From a virus, in the IMG/VR virus record IMGVR_UViG_3300016466_000859, positions 66,948-130,947 of that record: a stretch of 64,000 nucleotides of DNA. One strand, written 5' to 3'. Made by a program: the position numbers and the translations under genes. Positions 26,592-35,849 of this stretch are shown here, piece after piece. The number at the start of each line of letters is the position of its first letter. Position 1 is the stretch's first letter. The notes beneath the pieces were generated by a model. The model did no database searches. It had not been told where the DNA came from and saw only the letters and a program-made list of their open reading frames with translations.

Positions 26592-26760
26592 AAAGATAAT
26601 AACTAGACATCCAAATCATGTTCATTATCACAGTAGGCAAGATAGCCTGGCTCCAGCTTTGGCCAGTTATCAGCAACATGGTATAAGTGCTGACTATGAC
26701 CCAACATCTATAGATCACTGTCTTGACTAGAGTTCGTTTGTGACTATCGGTCATCGTCAA
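26548..26760 (-). CDS. Small membrane protein (DUF2061-like)
   Basis: RTLVKTVIYR...YERIWNRINWG. Confidence 0.65.
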   Translation of the reverse strand: MTMTDSHKRTLVKTVIYRCWVIVSTYTMLLITGQSWSQAILPTVIMNMIWMSSYYLYERIWNRINWGRHG

Positions 26761-26953
26761 AATCTAGAGTCTCTTGATCATGTTCCCACTGCTGACGCTT
26801 TAGTTTAGCGATTTCATCTTTTAAATGCAACTTCTTTTTCTTCAAAGTCTGTATATGTTCATCCGAATACTTGCCGGACTTTTCCAATTTAGCGATCTGA
26901 TCGTCCAAGATCTTATGAGACTCTTCCAGGTGTTGTATGCGTCTTTCAAACAT
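26744..26953 (-). CDS. Small coiled-coil protein (DUF465/YdcH-like)
   Basis: HLEESHKILDDQI...LKKKKLHLKDEI. Confidence 0.7.
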   Translation of the reverse strand: MFERRIQHLEESHKILDDQIAKLEKSGKYSDEHIQTLKKKKLHLKDEIAKLKRQQWEHDQETLDFDDDR

Positions 26954-28583
26954 CAGTGTTCTCCTCGAGTTGGTGTAATTTGGATTCATCGAGCCCGGGC
27001 TCTTCTTCGTTTTCTTCTACAGCATCAAATAACTCATTGAACTTGGTGTTGGCATTTTTGGTTTTCTTTCCTTTAAAACCACGTGTGCCCACGATCTCCA
27101 TCCAGTACGTGTCATAGCGTTCAATGATGCCCTCGGCTGTAGCCCGGTCCGGTGAAGAGAATATCGCTTCCACGATGTCCTCGAAGTAAGCGTAATCTCC
27201 TCCGCTACGACGCATCATGGCCGGATGTTCTCCGGCATCAAAACGCCTGTTGGCTTCTTGTACTGCTGTGAGATGCATCCAAACATTGTGAGCCATCAGC
27301 AAGCAATAGCTGAAGCTATCCCAGCTGGTCTTGCCCCATTTACCATTTTTATTTGTGTCGGGTAAAACATCATACATGTCGGGATCTTGAAAGTTCTTCT
27401 CATCAATGACAACTCCGGGTTTGGGCACTCCGGGCCGGTAGATGCAGACATCCTTCATGCGTAACAAGTCGCTGACAGGACTGTCTTCCCATCGGGGGTA
27501 GATACCATCAGCCACAACTCCAGCACTCCACGGGCGTGTGTCTGTGGCGTATCGTTTATCGTCAGCTGACGGAGCCATACGATAGCTCCATTTGGCATCA
27601 TTTTCAAAGACATTTTCAAAGTAGACCTGCCCATTGGCAGTGGCTAAAAATGGACTAGCGCAGTCAAAAGAGATAGTAAATCTTGGATTCACATACTTGC
27701 GGATGGCTCTTTGTATTACTGTGAGCAATACTGCCCATTCTAGTTTACTTGTGCCCAGGAAGTGCATCCAATCGTGTCGTCCTTCCTGTAGGAGATTGTC
27801 ATAACGCAGGGCCACCAAGCGTCTCAGTACCAGATGTACGTCGCACATGTTTTGACCTCCCATGGCCCAACCGTCGAAATGTGTGTCAGGATATTGAATG
27901 GGGTCGCAATAGTGTTTCATGATTTCATACCACTCATCTGCTGACTTGTGATTGTCGCCTTGCAAGACATTAAGAAATCGAGCGCCACCATTCTTGACAC
28001 CCTTGCGATTGGCCATAAAGTATTCGTTGTTGAACTTGGTAGCGGCCACTGCTTCTGGAAGTGTTTTGATACCACAAGCCTGTGATGCTTTTTTATCATG
28101 GATGACCCAGGTAGGAATATCAAGAATCATACCGTAGTCGGCGATACCATCCAGCCATTTTAACACGGCGTCACGTTTCTTCTGTGCCCGTGGACAACCT
28201 GATCCCGCCTTCCAGTCACCTTCCCATAGGCCTTTGGCGATCTGGAACCCGCCCGAGTCACCAAGGATCAGGGTGTTGGGGTCACGATTGCGAACCATGT
28301 CCTCGCTCCAGTCCTGCTTGGTGAGATCAAGGTTGGCATGTCCGCCCGAGTATAGGCTCCAACGATACGGAAAAAAACTTTTTTGTGCGTTAAGCCAGTT
28401 CAGTTCTTCCATGTCCTTCATGCCTGGAGGAAACCTTGCAGGATCCACATAAGGACCATTCACAGGGTCGCGTTGCTTGCCTATGAACGTGGCATAGAAC
28501 CCTGAAATCGCCGGCAAGAATACTGCGTAGTCGTTTTGTTTAGCTGTGAGATTATCTTGCGACACTGGATATATTTCTTTCAA
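26946..28583 (-). CDS. dpdA: TGT-fold DNA deazaguanine transglycosylase (DpdA-like)
   Basis: DSGGFQ, MILDIP, NVLQG, DGWAMGG, HFLG, SFDCASP, MAHN: TGT catalytic motifs; queD/queE/folE nearby. Confidence 0.8.
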   Translation of the reverse strand: MKEIYPVSQDNLTAKQNDYAVFLPAISGFYATFIGKQRDPVNGPYVDPARFPPGMKDMEELNWLNAQKSFFPYRWSLYSGGHANLDLTKQDWSEDMVRNRDPNTLILGDSGGFQIAKGLWEGDWKAGSGCPRAQKKRDAVLKWLDGIADYGMILDIPTWVIHDKKASQACGIKTLPEAVAATKFNNEYFMANRKGVKNGGARFLNVLQGDNHKSADEWYEIMKHYCDPIQYPDTHFDGWAMGGQNMCDVHLVLRRLVALRYDNLLQEGRHDWMHFLGTSKLEWAVLLTVIQRAIRKYVNPRFTISFDCASPFLATANGQVYFENVFENDAKWSYRMAPSADDKRYATDTRPWSAGVVADGIYPRWEDSPVSDLLRMKDVCIYRPGVPKPGVVIDEKNFQDPDMYDVLPDTNKNGKWGKTSWDSFSYCLLMAHNVWMHLTAVQEANRRFDAGEHPAMMRRSGGDYAYFEDIVEAIFSSPDRATAEGIIERYDTYWMEIVGTRGFKGKKTKNANTKFNELFDAVEENEEEPGLDESKLHQLEENTDV

Positions 28584-29277
28584 TTAATTCGTAATCGGGC
28601 CAAAACCATTTCTCTAAATTGTATCTATAAAATTGATTGTGGTCAATCATGTATTTCAATAGATCTTGCAATTTTTGTTTTTTATGGGATTCGTACGAAT
28701 CTTGGCTTGAGCTGTTTTCGTTGTAAATCACAGCATTATGATATCCAAGGCTGTGCAGGAAATCAACAAATCGTTGATTAAAATGCTGATCAATCAGAAA
28801 CCACCGGGAATCAGCGAGGTCAATGCCGTGTAAAAAAATCGCCTGACGGTCTGTGTGATCGTCAAAACTCATACGATCAAATAGCAATGCCAGACCGAGC
28901 TTCTCTCCCAAAATCGGTAAGCAATCATATTCCATCGGAGAAACGATATCGTCAATGGTGTCTTGGTGATACATCATTAGATATTCGCTCATTCCGCTGA
29001 CCCAACGAGAAACTGGATCACGCATAATGACTATCTTCTTAGAGCGAGGAAAGTCTCTGGCATTGCCAAATTTCCATCCCAATCCATCCAATGTTTTTTT
29101 TGTGCTGGAACTGGAATTCTTTGGGATATTCAAATAAAACCATTCTTCGTCGGGACTGATCATTCCTTCTCCGAGATGATGCCCACGATTACTCCATATA
29201 TGATCCCACTCAAGACGTACGATACCGTCATTGATATGTATATAATCGAGAGTCTTGTACTCGAAATCTAGAATCAT
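28552..29277 (-). CDS. Sulfotransferase-like protein
   Basis: YLNIPKNSSSS (5'PSB-like) and MRDPVSRWVSG (3'PB-like). Confidence 0.6.
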   Translation of the reverse strand: MILDFEYKTLDYIHINDGIVRLEWDHIWSNRGHHLGEGMISPDEEWFYLNIPKNSSSSTKKTLDGLGWKFGNARDFPRSKKIVIMRDPVSRWVSGMSEYLMMYHQDTIDDIVSPMEYDCLPILGEKLGLALLFDRMSFDDHTDRQAIFLHGIDLADSRWFLIDQHFNQRFVDFLHSLGYHNAVIYNENSSSQDSYESHKKQKLQDLLKYMIDHNQFYRYNLEKWFWPDYELIERNISSVAR

Positions 29278-30005
29278 TTAGTCTGGGCTGGGATGATGTA
29301 ACTGTAATCTGCGATGCCCGAGTCTACGGTAATCATCGCGGCACCTTCGTCGCTGATCTTGAATGTTTTATCTCCGGGCAAGCTCAGGATAGAAATCACA
29401 GCCGCCACCGGCCACGACCATGCTTTGGTCAAGGAACCTGAGACGCCTTGTTCGAACACAAATTCACCAGCATGGCTGGCAGCATCTCCAAAGTAGAACT
29501 TGAGCTTGTCTCCGTCGGTCTTGGCCACGAACGTGGTTTCTTCGCTGTTGGCCTGTGCCTGGAACTTGAGGCGCTGGATCGAAGCGGCCGAAGGCACAAT
29601 GTCCACATTCCATTTCACGCCGCGGAACTTGACTGCTTTGAGTTTTTCGTTGATGATCTCGGCAGTCATGAAGCGATAGTCGTTCTTGAAGTCGCCGGCT
29701 TTGTTTTCGAAATGCACGCCCACGGGCACTTTCTCGCCGTTGCGATCCTGTCGTGTCACCGTGATGTTGGCATCTTCGCGATATTCGCTGATGCCAAGGA
29801 TGGTATTGAGTTTGGCTAGATTGGGCATGCCAAAGGTACCCACAAATTCGGCCACGGGTTGTTTGAAACTGGCCTCTAGGATCACGCTGCGATCTTCGGC
29901 AATGGCATTAACAGCAGTCCCGGCGCTGTCACCGGTGATCTTGACCAGTTCAATGCAACCTAATCCGTGAGTGTGTTGTACGATGTCTTGTAAAAAGTCT
30001 TTCAT
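29274..30005 (-). CDS. DNA polymerase sliding-clamp-like protein (gp45-like)
   Basis: 243 aa, beta-rich two-domain pattern, ends YSYIIPAQ; near DNA polymerase. Confidence 0.6.
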   Translation of the reverse strand: MKDFLQDIVQHTHGLGCIELVKITGDSAGTAVNAIAEDRSVILEASFKQPVAEFVGTFGMPNLAKLNTILGISEYREDANITVTRQDRNGEKVPVGVHFENKAGDFKNDYRFMTAEIINEKLKAVKFRGVKWNVDIVPSAASIQRLKFQAQANSEETTFVAKTDGDKLKFYFGDAASHAGEFVFEQGVSGSLTKAWSWPVAAVISILSLPGDKTFKISDEGAAMITVDSGIADYSYIIPAQTK

Positions 30006-30028
30006 GTAGAGCCTCCAATGATATTAAG

Positions 30029-30058
30029 ATTATAGATGATTGTATTTAGATTTGTCAA
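30029..30058 (-). promoter_or_regulatory. Sigma70-like promoter with nested TAAATA box
   Basis: TTGACA-18-TATAAT; TAAATA at 30043-30048. Confidence 0.65.
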
Positions 30059-30062
30059 ACAA

Positions 30063-31163
30063 TTAAGCCAATAAAACTCTTCTTTTGGCGAAATCTTGCA
30101 AGGGCGCAGGCATGAGATCAAACAACCGGTCTCCTTTTAGTCGATCCATCATCAGCATGTGTGTAACGGAATGCAAAAACAAATGCTCGGTATCACCGAT
30201 TTTGGATTTTGCCAGTTTGAGCACCTGGTTGTTATGCAGTTGATTTCGATCATTGGCAAATTCCACCTCGGGCACAAGATTCGCTAATTCATATGGCAAG
30301 GCTGACAGCGACAGAAAATCTGGTCCTTCGAGTATCGAAGCTTTCAGTAAAATATCCCGCTCTTGGCACCAAGTGACCAGATCCGGTAGGAACCAAACAT
30401 TCAACAATCCAACAGTGCAAAACACAGATATTTCTGTGTTGGGACGTTGTTGTCGGAAACCCAACAAGGAGTCGATGTTCTTTGTGGCACGGTTCCAATC
30501 CAAGCCCGACCTAATATATTCCACCGGCTCACCGGCGGCCTCGAGACTGGCATAGACTTTGATCTTTTTGAATTTTGGCCAATAGTCAAACACAGATCGT
30601 CCTTGATAACTCAAAGTGCTGAGATTGGTATTGTATCTGAGAGTGATATTTTTGCTATGATCATTGACTATAAGCCTTTCCAGTAACTGCCAATGATCGG
30701 GGTTTAACATGGGTTCACCACCGGTGAAATAGATCTCTTCGAGTCCAGATTCTGATATCTCTGCCAGCATTGATGATATGTCAAAATTTTCAAACTCGAG
30801 ATCTCCCACCAACTTGGTCCAGCTACTGCTGAACGCCGGGCCGCACATGCGGCAAGTGAGATTGCAGGTGTTGTTGTTGCGTAGATCGAGATAACGTATG
30901 CGATCTCGTTGATCGGGATTGCTGCCGTAGTTTTCTCGATAGGAATTCGTGCCATTCTGTTCATCCATCCAGCATTTACGGCAACCGGTTGGATAGGTTC
31001 CCTGCGACATCTGTTCCTGCAAATCAGCAAAGGTGTCGCGGCCCTGGAATTGGTCGCTGTCTCTGGCCAGTTGATAGTCGTAGATACAGCAAGGAGCGAT
31101 CTTACCATTGGGATATATGGTGATGCTGTTCCATACAGCATTGCAGGGAGACGAGCATTTCAT
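30063..31163 (-). CDS. Radical SAM protein with an N-terminal Cys-rich (SPASM/twitch-like) segment
   Basis: CNLTCRMC, YFTGGEP, YNTN; N-terminal C...PCC...CRKC. Confidence 0.88.
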   Translation of the reverse strand: MKCSSPCNAVWNSITIYPNGKIAPCCIYDYQLARDSDQFQGRDTFADLQEQMSQGTYPTGCRKCWMDEQNGTNSYRENYGSNPDQRDRIRYLDLRNNNTCNLTCRMCGPAFSSSWTKLVGDLEFENFDISSMLAEISESGLEEIYFTGGEPMLNPDHWQLLERLIVNDHSKNITLRYNTNLSTLSYQGRSVFDYWPKFKKIKVYASLEAAGEPVEYIRSGLDWNRATKNIDSLLGFRQQRPNTEISVFCTVGLLNVWFLPDLVTWCQERDILLKASILEGPDFLSLSALPYELANLVPEVEFANDRNQLHNNQVLKLAKSKIGDTEHLFLHSVTHMLMMDRLKGDRLFDLMPAPLQDFAKRRVLLA

Positions 31164-32095
31164 GCCAATGGTTTTCGTTTCACTGTTCCTAGGACTTGAT
31201 GCGCTTTGGTGGTAGTGAGCTCACCGGGTTTTTGTAGCTCGACCCAGCTCAGTGCTGGATGGAAATCTCGATGATCACTGATCACATAACCCAACATCTC
31301 GCACATGGGCAACAACAGGCTTTTTGGCATGTAAGTCATGTAATAGTGTTCAGCATGTTCGGCTGCTTCGGGTAAATCACCGTTGTTGTAGCTGAATATC
31401 ACTCGTCCGCCGGGTTTTAACAGATTGAAGATTTCTTGTAAATGATGTTTTATGCTGTCCAGGCTGAGATAGTTGAAAAAATTCCAACTGAACACAAAAC
31501 CAAACTGCTGTTGTGGCAGCACAGAAAAGTCTTGGTCTTTTATCAGATACGGGCGTATGCGTCGCTGATATTCAGGATTGAATTTATTCATGGTCGACGT
31601 CAGGAATTCCTGATGGGTGTCAACGATGTACAAGGGATCGCCGGCGACTAAATGCGTGGTCCATTCTCCGTCCCGACATCCTATTTCCAATGTGGGGTAT
31701 CTCCAGTCAAGTACAAGTCCCAGTCGGCTCATCAACACAGGAATGGCATGATTTGGCATGTAGAGTTTCCGCACACGCCGGATGTTGGCTGGATCGTTGT
31801 ATTCGAATTCAGTTTCGTAATTGGCCGCAAAAAATTTCTGTGTGAGTTTGGAAATTTCTCGATCGATTTCTTCACTGATATCGTCGGCCCGGTCCTTGTA
31901 CTTGACGACCATGTCAATCATCTCGCGCAGATCATGTATGCTCGAATCAATGAATCCATGATAATCTTGATCGGGGAACTGTTGATACAGCAACGACATA
32001 TCGCTGAGCATGGTCGTCAAGGACTGTTCAGCCGCGGCAGTATCAACCGCCTGCTTGATTTTTTCCTTGAAAGCGACCAGTTCACTGAGTTTCAT
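31160..32095 (-). CDS. Class I SAM-dependent methyltransferase with N-terminal helical extension
   Basis: LEIGCRDG, FVFSWNFFNYL, LLKPGG. Confidence 0.8.
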   Translation of the reverse strand: MKLSELVAFKEKIKQAVDTAAAEQSLTTMLSDMSLLYQQFPDQDYHGFIDSSIHDLREMIDMVVKYKDRADDISEEIDREISKLTQKFFAANYETEFEYNDPANIRRVRKLYMPNHAIPVLMSRLGLVLDWRYPTLEIGCRDGEWTTHLVAGDPLYIVDTHQEFLTSTMNKFNPEYQRRIRPYLIKDQDFSVLPQQQFGFVFSWNFFNYLSLDSIKHHLQEIFNLLKPGGRVIFSYNNGDLPEAAEHAEHYYMTYMPKSLLLPMCEMLGYVISDHRDFHPALSWVELQKPGELTTTKAHQVLGTVKRKPLA

Positions 32096-32124
32096 TGAAG
32101 ATCAATCATTATATACACAGTTAT

Positions 32125-34785
32125 TTATTGCCATTCAAACAGGTTGTCAAAAGTTGTTTTGATCTGTGTGTGTTCTTCGATGTTCCAACCCAGCACTCCC
32201 AATAAATTTTCTACCTTTTGGTCCACGATGGTAGACTCCATGTCAGCATCGTCGAACGGCAGCTCTTTGAACCATTCGGGAATATGCGATTCGTCGGTGG
32301 GATAGCCCACACTGGTATAGCCCAATGGGTTGTCTCGGAGTTTGCACACGATGGTCTTCATACCATCCACGATCTGCATGCTGTAGTTGTCGCTGTGCAT
32401 CCTCCTTAGATTGTTCCAGTTCATGGCGGCCCTTACATGTCCGGGCATATTGGCCTTACCGAGTCGTGCTTCCTCGGCCGCGTATTTGGTCAGGTTATTG
32501 ACACGCTTGGGCGTGCCTTTTTCCCAGGCGGGCCTTTCGGTGAACAGCAATTTGAAATCTCTGACTTTTTCAATGATGTCTTCTTTGCCGGAGCCGGTCA
32601 GGACCATGGTCAAGAGCTCACTGAGAAACTCCTGCACCACCTTGGGAGTGTCCGATCGCTTGAGGTCCAGGCCCATGGCTTTGACTTTGCCAATCTTGCC
32701 ACCGAGGTCCAGTCTTACTCCCTCCATGTCGAAGATGAGAACAGCGTAGCGTTTCTTTTTAATGAACAAGCCTTTGGACGCGATTAGTTCTCGGCCGGCC
32801 GCGATGATGGCACCCATGTCTCGGGGGCAATGGCAAGCACGTTCCATAAAGGCCGGGAATGAGTCATTGACTGAGTCGGCGATGGTGTCATAGAGCTGTA
32901 CGCATACCTCTCGGTTCCATTCCATCTTTCCCGATTCTACATCGTCCTTGATCACCGGCCAGGCTGAAAAGTACACCGAGTCTGTGTCACCGTAGATAAT
33001 GGCATCGCCCACGTGATCGTACTTGCCAGTGATGCATTCATTGACGAACGAGTCCATGTGCTTGGCGATAATACGACCTGTGAGCGTAGTCGATTGACCA
33101 ATTCTATGATCAAAGAAACGACAGCCGGGATTCAAGATAGCGCCATACAAGGAGTTCAAGTTGATCTTTTTTACCAATTGTCGCTTGTCCCAGAAAGCGA
33201 TATCTTCTTTTTCTGTGGCTTCTTTTTTCTTGGCCTGTAGCTCTTTGCGTTCTGCGTACCAGCGTTCCAGCAGGCCCGGGACGATGCCTTTGCTGTCGTA
33301 TCGGAATATGGTTCCGTTGGCGCTGAGTGTCCAAGGTTGTCCGCTTTCGAATACCAGGCGCCACACATTGTCAGCACTGACCACATCCTCGGTACCATTT
33401 TCCCAGTCGATGGTAATCTCCGTGCCGGGCTCCATGTTCATGACCGCTTGATATTCAAGGCTGCCGAACATGTTTTCCCAGGCATCTGCGAAGCTGGATC
33501 CGTTGGCCATTTTTTCACGGATGTAGTGTTCGGTCATTATTGGCCGGAGTTGCCCGACGATGGTTTCCGGTCCCATGTTGAGGGCGCGAATAGTGCTGGG
33601 ATAGAGCGAGTTGAGGTCGATGGCGCCGATGTATTCATGCATGCCTCTTTTGGGGTAAGCAACATAGGCACCTGCTGCTTGGGTTTCTCCTTGATCTTCA
33701 CGGCTTCTCCTATTAGGAACAATCATTCCTCGTTGATGCGCTTCATTGATGATGGCTTGCTCAGTGACCGCTACTGCCCCCATGGTCGTAGGCAATAGCA
33801 CAGTATTGTCGTGTGCCAGTTCGTTGGCTAGATCCAGGAACCTGAGCTTCTTGTCGAGTTTGACCAAGAGCATGACGTCTTGGCGGTTGTAGTCAATGAA
33901 CTTGGGGAAGTCTCGATTGTAGAGTTGGTCCAAAGTTCCTTCATAGGCCACTTTTGATTCGCCAACTTCGTATTCTCCGATGGCATCCAAACTATAGGAG
34001 TGTCGTTCTTCATAGGTGTATTTCCTGTAAAGTTGCATGTAATCCATGTGTACTCGGCCGATGATGTCGAAAGTGAGATTCTCGGCGCCAAAACGTTCAA
34101 AGGTCCGTTGCTTGGGATACTGCCCCCACAGGCAGAAGCGACGTGTGTCATCTTTGCTGAGCACACGATTCACTCGCATCACGGTATAAGGAATATCAAA
34201 GCCTTCGCTATTCCACCCCGACAGGATGTCGGCGTCTTCGATGAGATCCAAGAATGTGTTTAACATGTCCTCTTCGCGCTCGAACAAGAAGCAGTTGTCA
34301 AAGCCGTCGCAGATCTCTTGGGCGGTCTCCCACGAGTAACTCTTGGGTGGTACCACTAAGGTGATCAAGCGATCTAACCAGTCAAGATAAAGCGTGATGG
34401 ATGTGATTGGGTTGAAGGGATCTTCGGGCTTGCTGTATCCGCGCTCGGGGTCAAAGTCAACCTCAATGTCGAAAAAGCATGTCTGGAGTTTAGGAGAAGC
34501 AACTCCTAGATAGTTTTCTTCCAGACAACGGAAGATGGGATTGATGTCACTTTCCCAGAGACGCTTACCGGAATTGATCCGCATCTCTTTGTGGAACTCT
34601 TTGCTGTTCCTTGTAGTGAATCTACTAACAGGTGTGCCGTAGATGGTTTGGAACTTGCCTCGGGGGTCGTCGTAGTAGAACACATACTTGGCTGGAAACT
34701 CGCGAAACTCGCGAAGTCCGTTGACACGTTCTACGACATGGATGGTATCACGCTCTCGATCAAAGAGCGCATCGATATAACTCAT
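32125..34785 (-). CDS. polB: Family B DNA polymerase
   Basis: Exo I FDIEVD, Exo II GWNSEGFD, Exo III YNRQDV; Pol DLNSLYPS, KINLNSLYG, YGDTDS, KKRY; AGGAGG SD. Confidence 0.97.
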   Translation of the reverse strand: MSYIDALFDRERDTIHVVERVNGLREFREFPAKYVFYYDDPRGKFQTIYGTPVSRFTTRNSKEFHKEMRINSGKRLWESDINPIFRCLEENYLGVASPKLQTCFFDIEVDFDPERGYSKPEDPFNPITSITLYLDWLDRLITLVVPPKSYSWETAQEICDGFDNCFLFEREEDMLNTFLDLIEDADILSGWNSEGFDIPYTVMRVNRVLSKDDTRRFCLWGQYPKQRTFERFGAENLTFDIIGRVHMDYMQLYRKYTYEERHSYSLDAIGEYEVGESKVAYEGTLDQLYNRDFPKFIDYNRQDVMLLVKLDKKLRFLDLANELAHDNTVLLPTTMGAVAVTEQAIINEAHQRGMIVPNRRSREDQGETQAAGAYVAYPKRGMHEYIGAIDLNSLYPSTIRALNMGPETIVGQLRPIMTEHYIREKMANGSSFADAWENMFGSLEYQAVMNMEPGTEITIDWENGTEDVVSADNVWRLVFESGQPWTLSANGTIFRYDSKGIVPGLLERWYAERKELQAKKKEATEKEDIAFWDKRQLVKKINLNSLYGAILNPGCRFFDHRIGQSTTLTGRIIAKHMDSFVNECITGKYDHVGDAIIYGDTDSVYFSAWPVIKDDVESGKMEWNREVCVQLYDTIADSVNDSFPAFMERACHCPRDMGAIIAAGRELIASKGLFIKKKRYAVLIFDMEGVRLDLGGKIGKVKAMGLDLKRSDTPKVVQEFLSELLTMVLTGSGKEDIIEKVRDFKLLFTERPAWEKGTPKRVNNLTKYAAEEARLGKANMPGHVRAAMNWNNLRRMHSDNYSMQIVDGMKTIVCKLRDNPLGYTSVGYPTDESHIPEWFKELPFDDADMESTIVDQKVENLLGVLGWNIEEHTQIKTTFDNLFEWQ

Positions 34786-34794
34786 AATCCTCCT

Positions 34795-34839
34795 GTGGTT
34801 TATGGCCCACTGGCCGTTCTACATGCTGGTTGAGCCAGC
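34795..34839 (-). promoter_or_regulatory. Structured 5' leader of the DNA polymerase gene (candidate translational operator)
   Basis: GCUGG-CUCAA-CCAGC hairpin; alternative GGCC/GGCC vs GUGG/CCAC stems next to the SD. Confidence 0.35.
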
Positions 34840-34868
34840 GAGTCTTGTGTTTATTTTATATATCTTGA

Positions 34869-35555
34869 TTATAACACGAGTTTGAAACTTTTTAATTGTT
34901 TTTCTTTCTCGATTCGAGGATAATTTTTCAACCAACTACACTCTGACCAAGGTAAATTTTCCATTTCGTAGAATAATGTGTGCTGCCAAACTTGTGAATA
35001 CCAATAAACATCTTGATCATAAAAATAAGTCAACGTACCCGAAAGATCATTTTGGTCTCTGATATTTTCTATTTTAGCCGAAACTTTCTTGAAAAAATTA
35101 TTACTGGTATTCATGCCCGGAATAGCATTTTCATCGATGTGTATTCCGTGCTCCTGCAATAGTTTTTTCACACAGCGTTCCGATGACACATGTGGATGAT
35201 CTAACATTATCCAGTCGATTAACATCATCTTTTCAGCAAAGACCGTCGACAAAGGATAACTATGAAGATCAAAAACTGCTGTTCCCAACAGTTTTAGAAA
35301 CCTTGGATCGTCGACTATGTCAAATAAATCATACTGATACAGGGCTTGAACAGTACCTTTAAGGTGTCTTTTGTAAGGATGCATTATGTGTGCAAACACA
35401 TGTTGTTTATCCCAGTCAATGCTGTCTGTTTGAATCGACCCCCATCCTAAAAGATTCTTAAAGAAATGCGTATATGAGGTGCTGGCATTTTTGGTTATAG
35501 GTACATAAACCAAATTGTCGCGGCATAATGCCTCCATTTTATAAAGTACGGCCAA
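34869..35555 (-). CDS. Sulfotransferase-like protein
   Basis: YVPITKNASTS, IMHPYKR, FDLHSYP. Confidence 0.5.
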   Translation of the reverse strand: MAVLYKMEALCRDNLVYVPITKNASTSYTHFFKNLLGWGSIQTDSIDWDKQHVFAHIMHPYKRHLKGTVQALYQYDLFDIVDDPRFLKLLGTAVFDLHSYPLSTVFAEKMMLIDWIMLDHPHVSSERCVKKLLQEHGIHIDENAIPGMNTSNNFFKKVSAKIENIRDQNDLSGTLTYFYDQDVYWYSQVWQHTLFYEMENLPWSECSWLKNYPRIEKEKQLKSFKLVL

Positions 35556-35799
35556 CAGTTTCCAGGATTGTGGTCAGCTCTTCGTGATCTTTGGTAGTAT
35601 CGCCGAACTTGCTCTTTTGTGCAACACGAATGGCTTTTTTGAGCACAGCAGGTTTGACTTCCAGTTCTTCGGCGATGGCTTTGACTGTGTCATTGAGCCC
35701 GGCTGTGAGATCTTCGACTTCCTGCATGACAGCGATGCCTTCGTTGATTAGTTGTGTTAATTTGGCTTTTTGTTCGGCGCTGAACATCCTTGACGACAT
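35539..35799 (-). CDS. Small dsDNA-binding protein (T4 DsbA/GapR-like)
   Basis: AGGAG SD; helical ...VKAIAEELEVKPAVLKKAIR pattern. Confidence 0.5.
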   Translation of the reverse strand: MSSRMFSAEQKAKLTQLINEGIAVMQEVEDLTAGLNDTVKAIAEELEVKPAVLKKAIRVAQKSKFGDTTKDHEELTTILETVGRTL

Positions 35800-35849
35800 A
35801 CCATTCTCCTTGTTAAAAAACAATAGTATAACTGATTATCCTACCGCGG

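Noticed and set aside
32125-34785. Intein or intron in DNA polymerase or thyA
   Set aside because: Both ORFs are continuous with near-normal motif spacing; no intein C/HN termini or homing endonuclease seen
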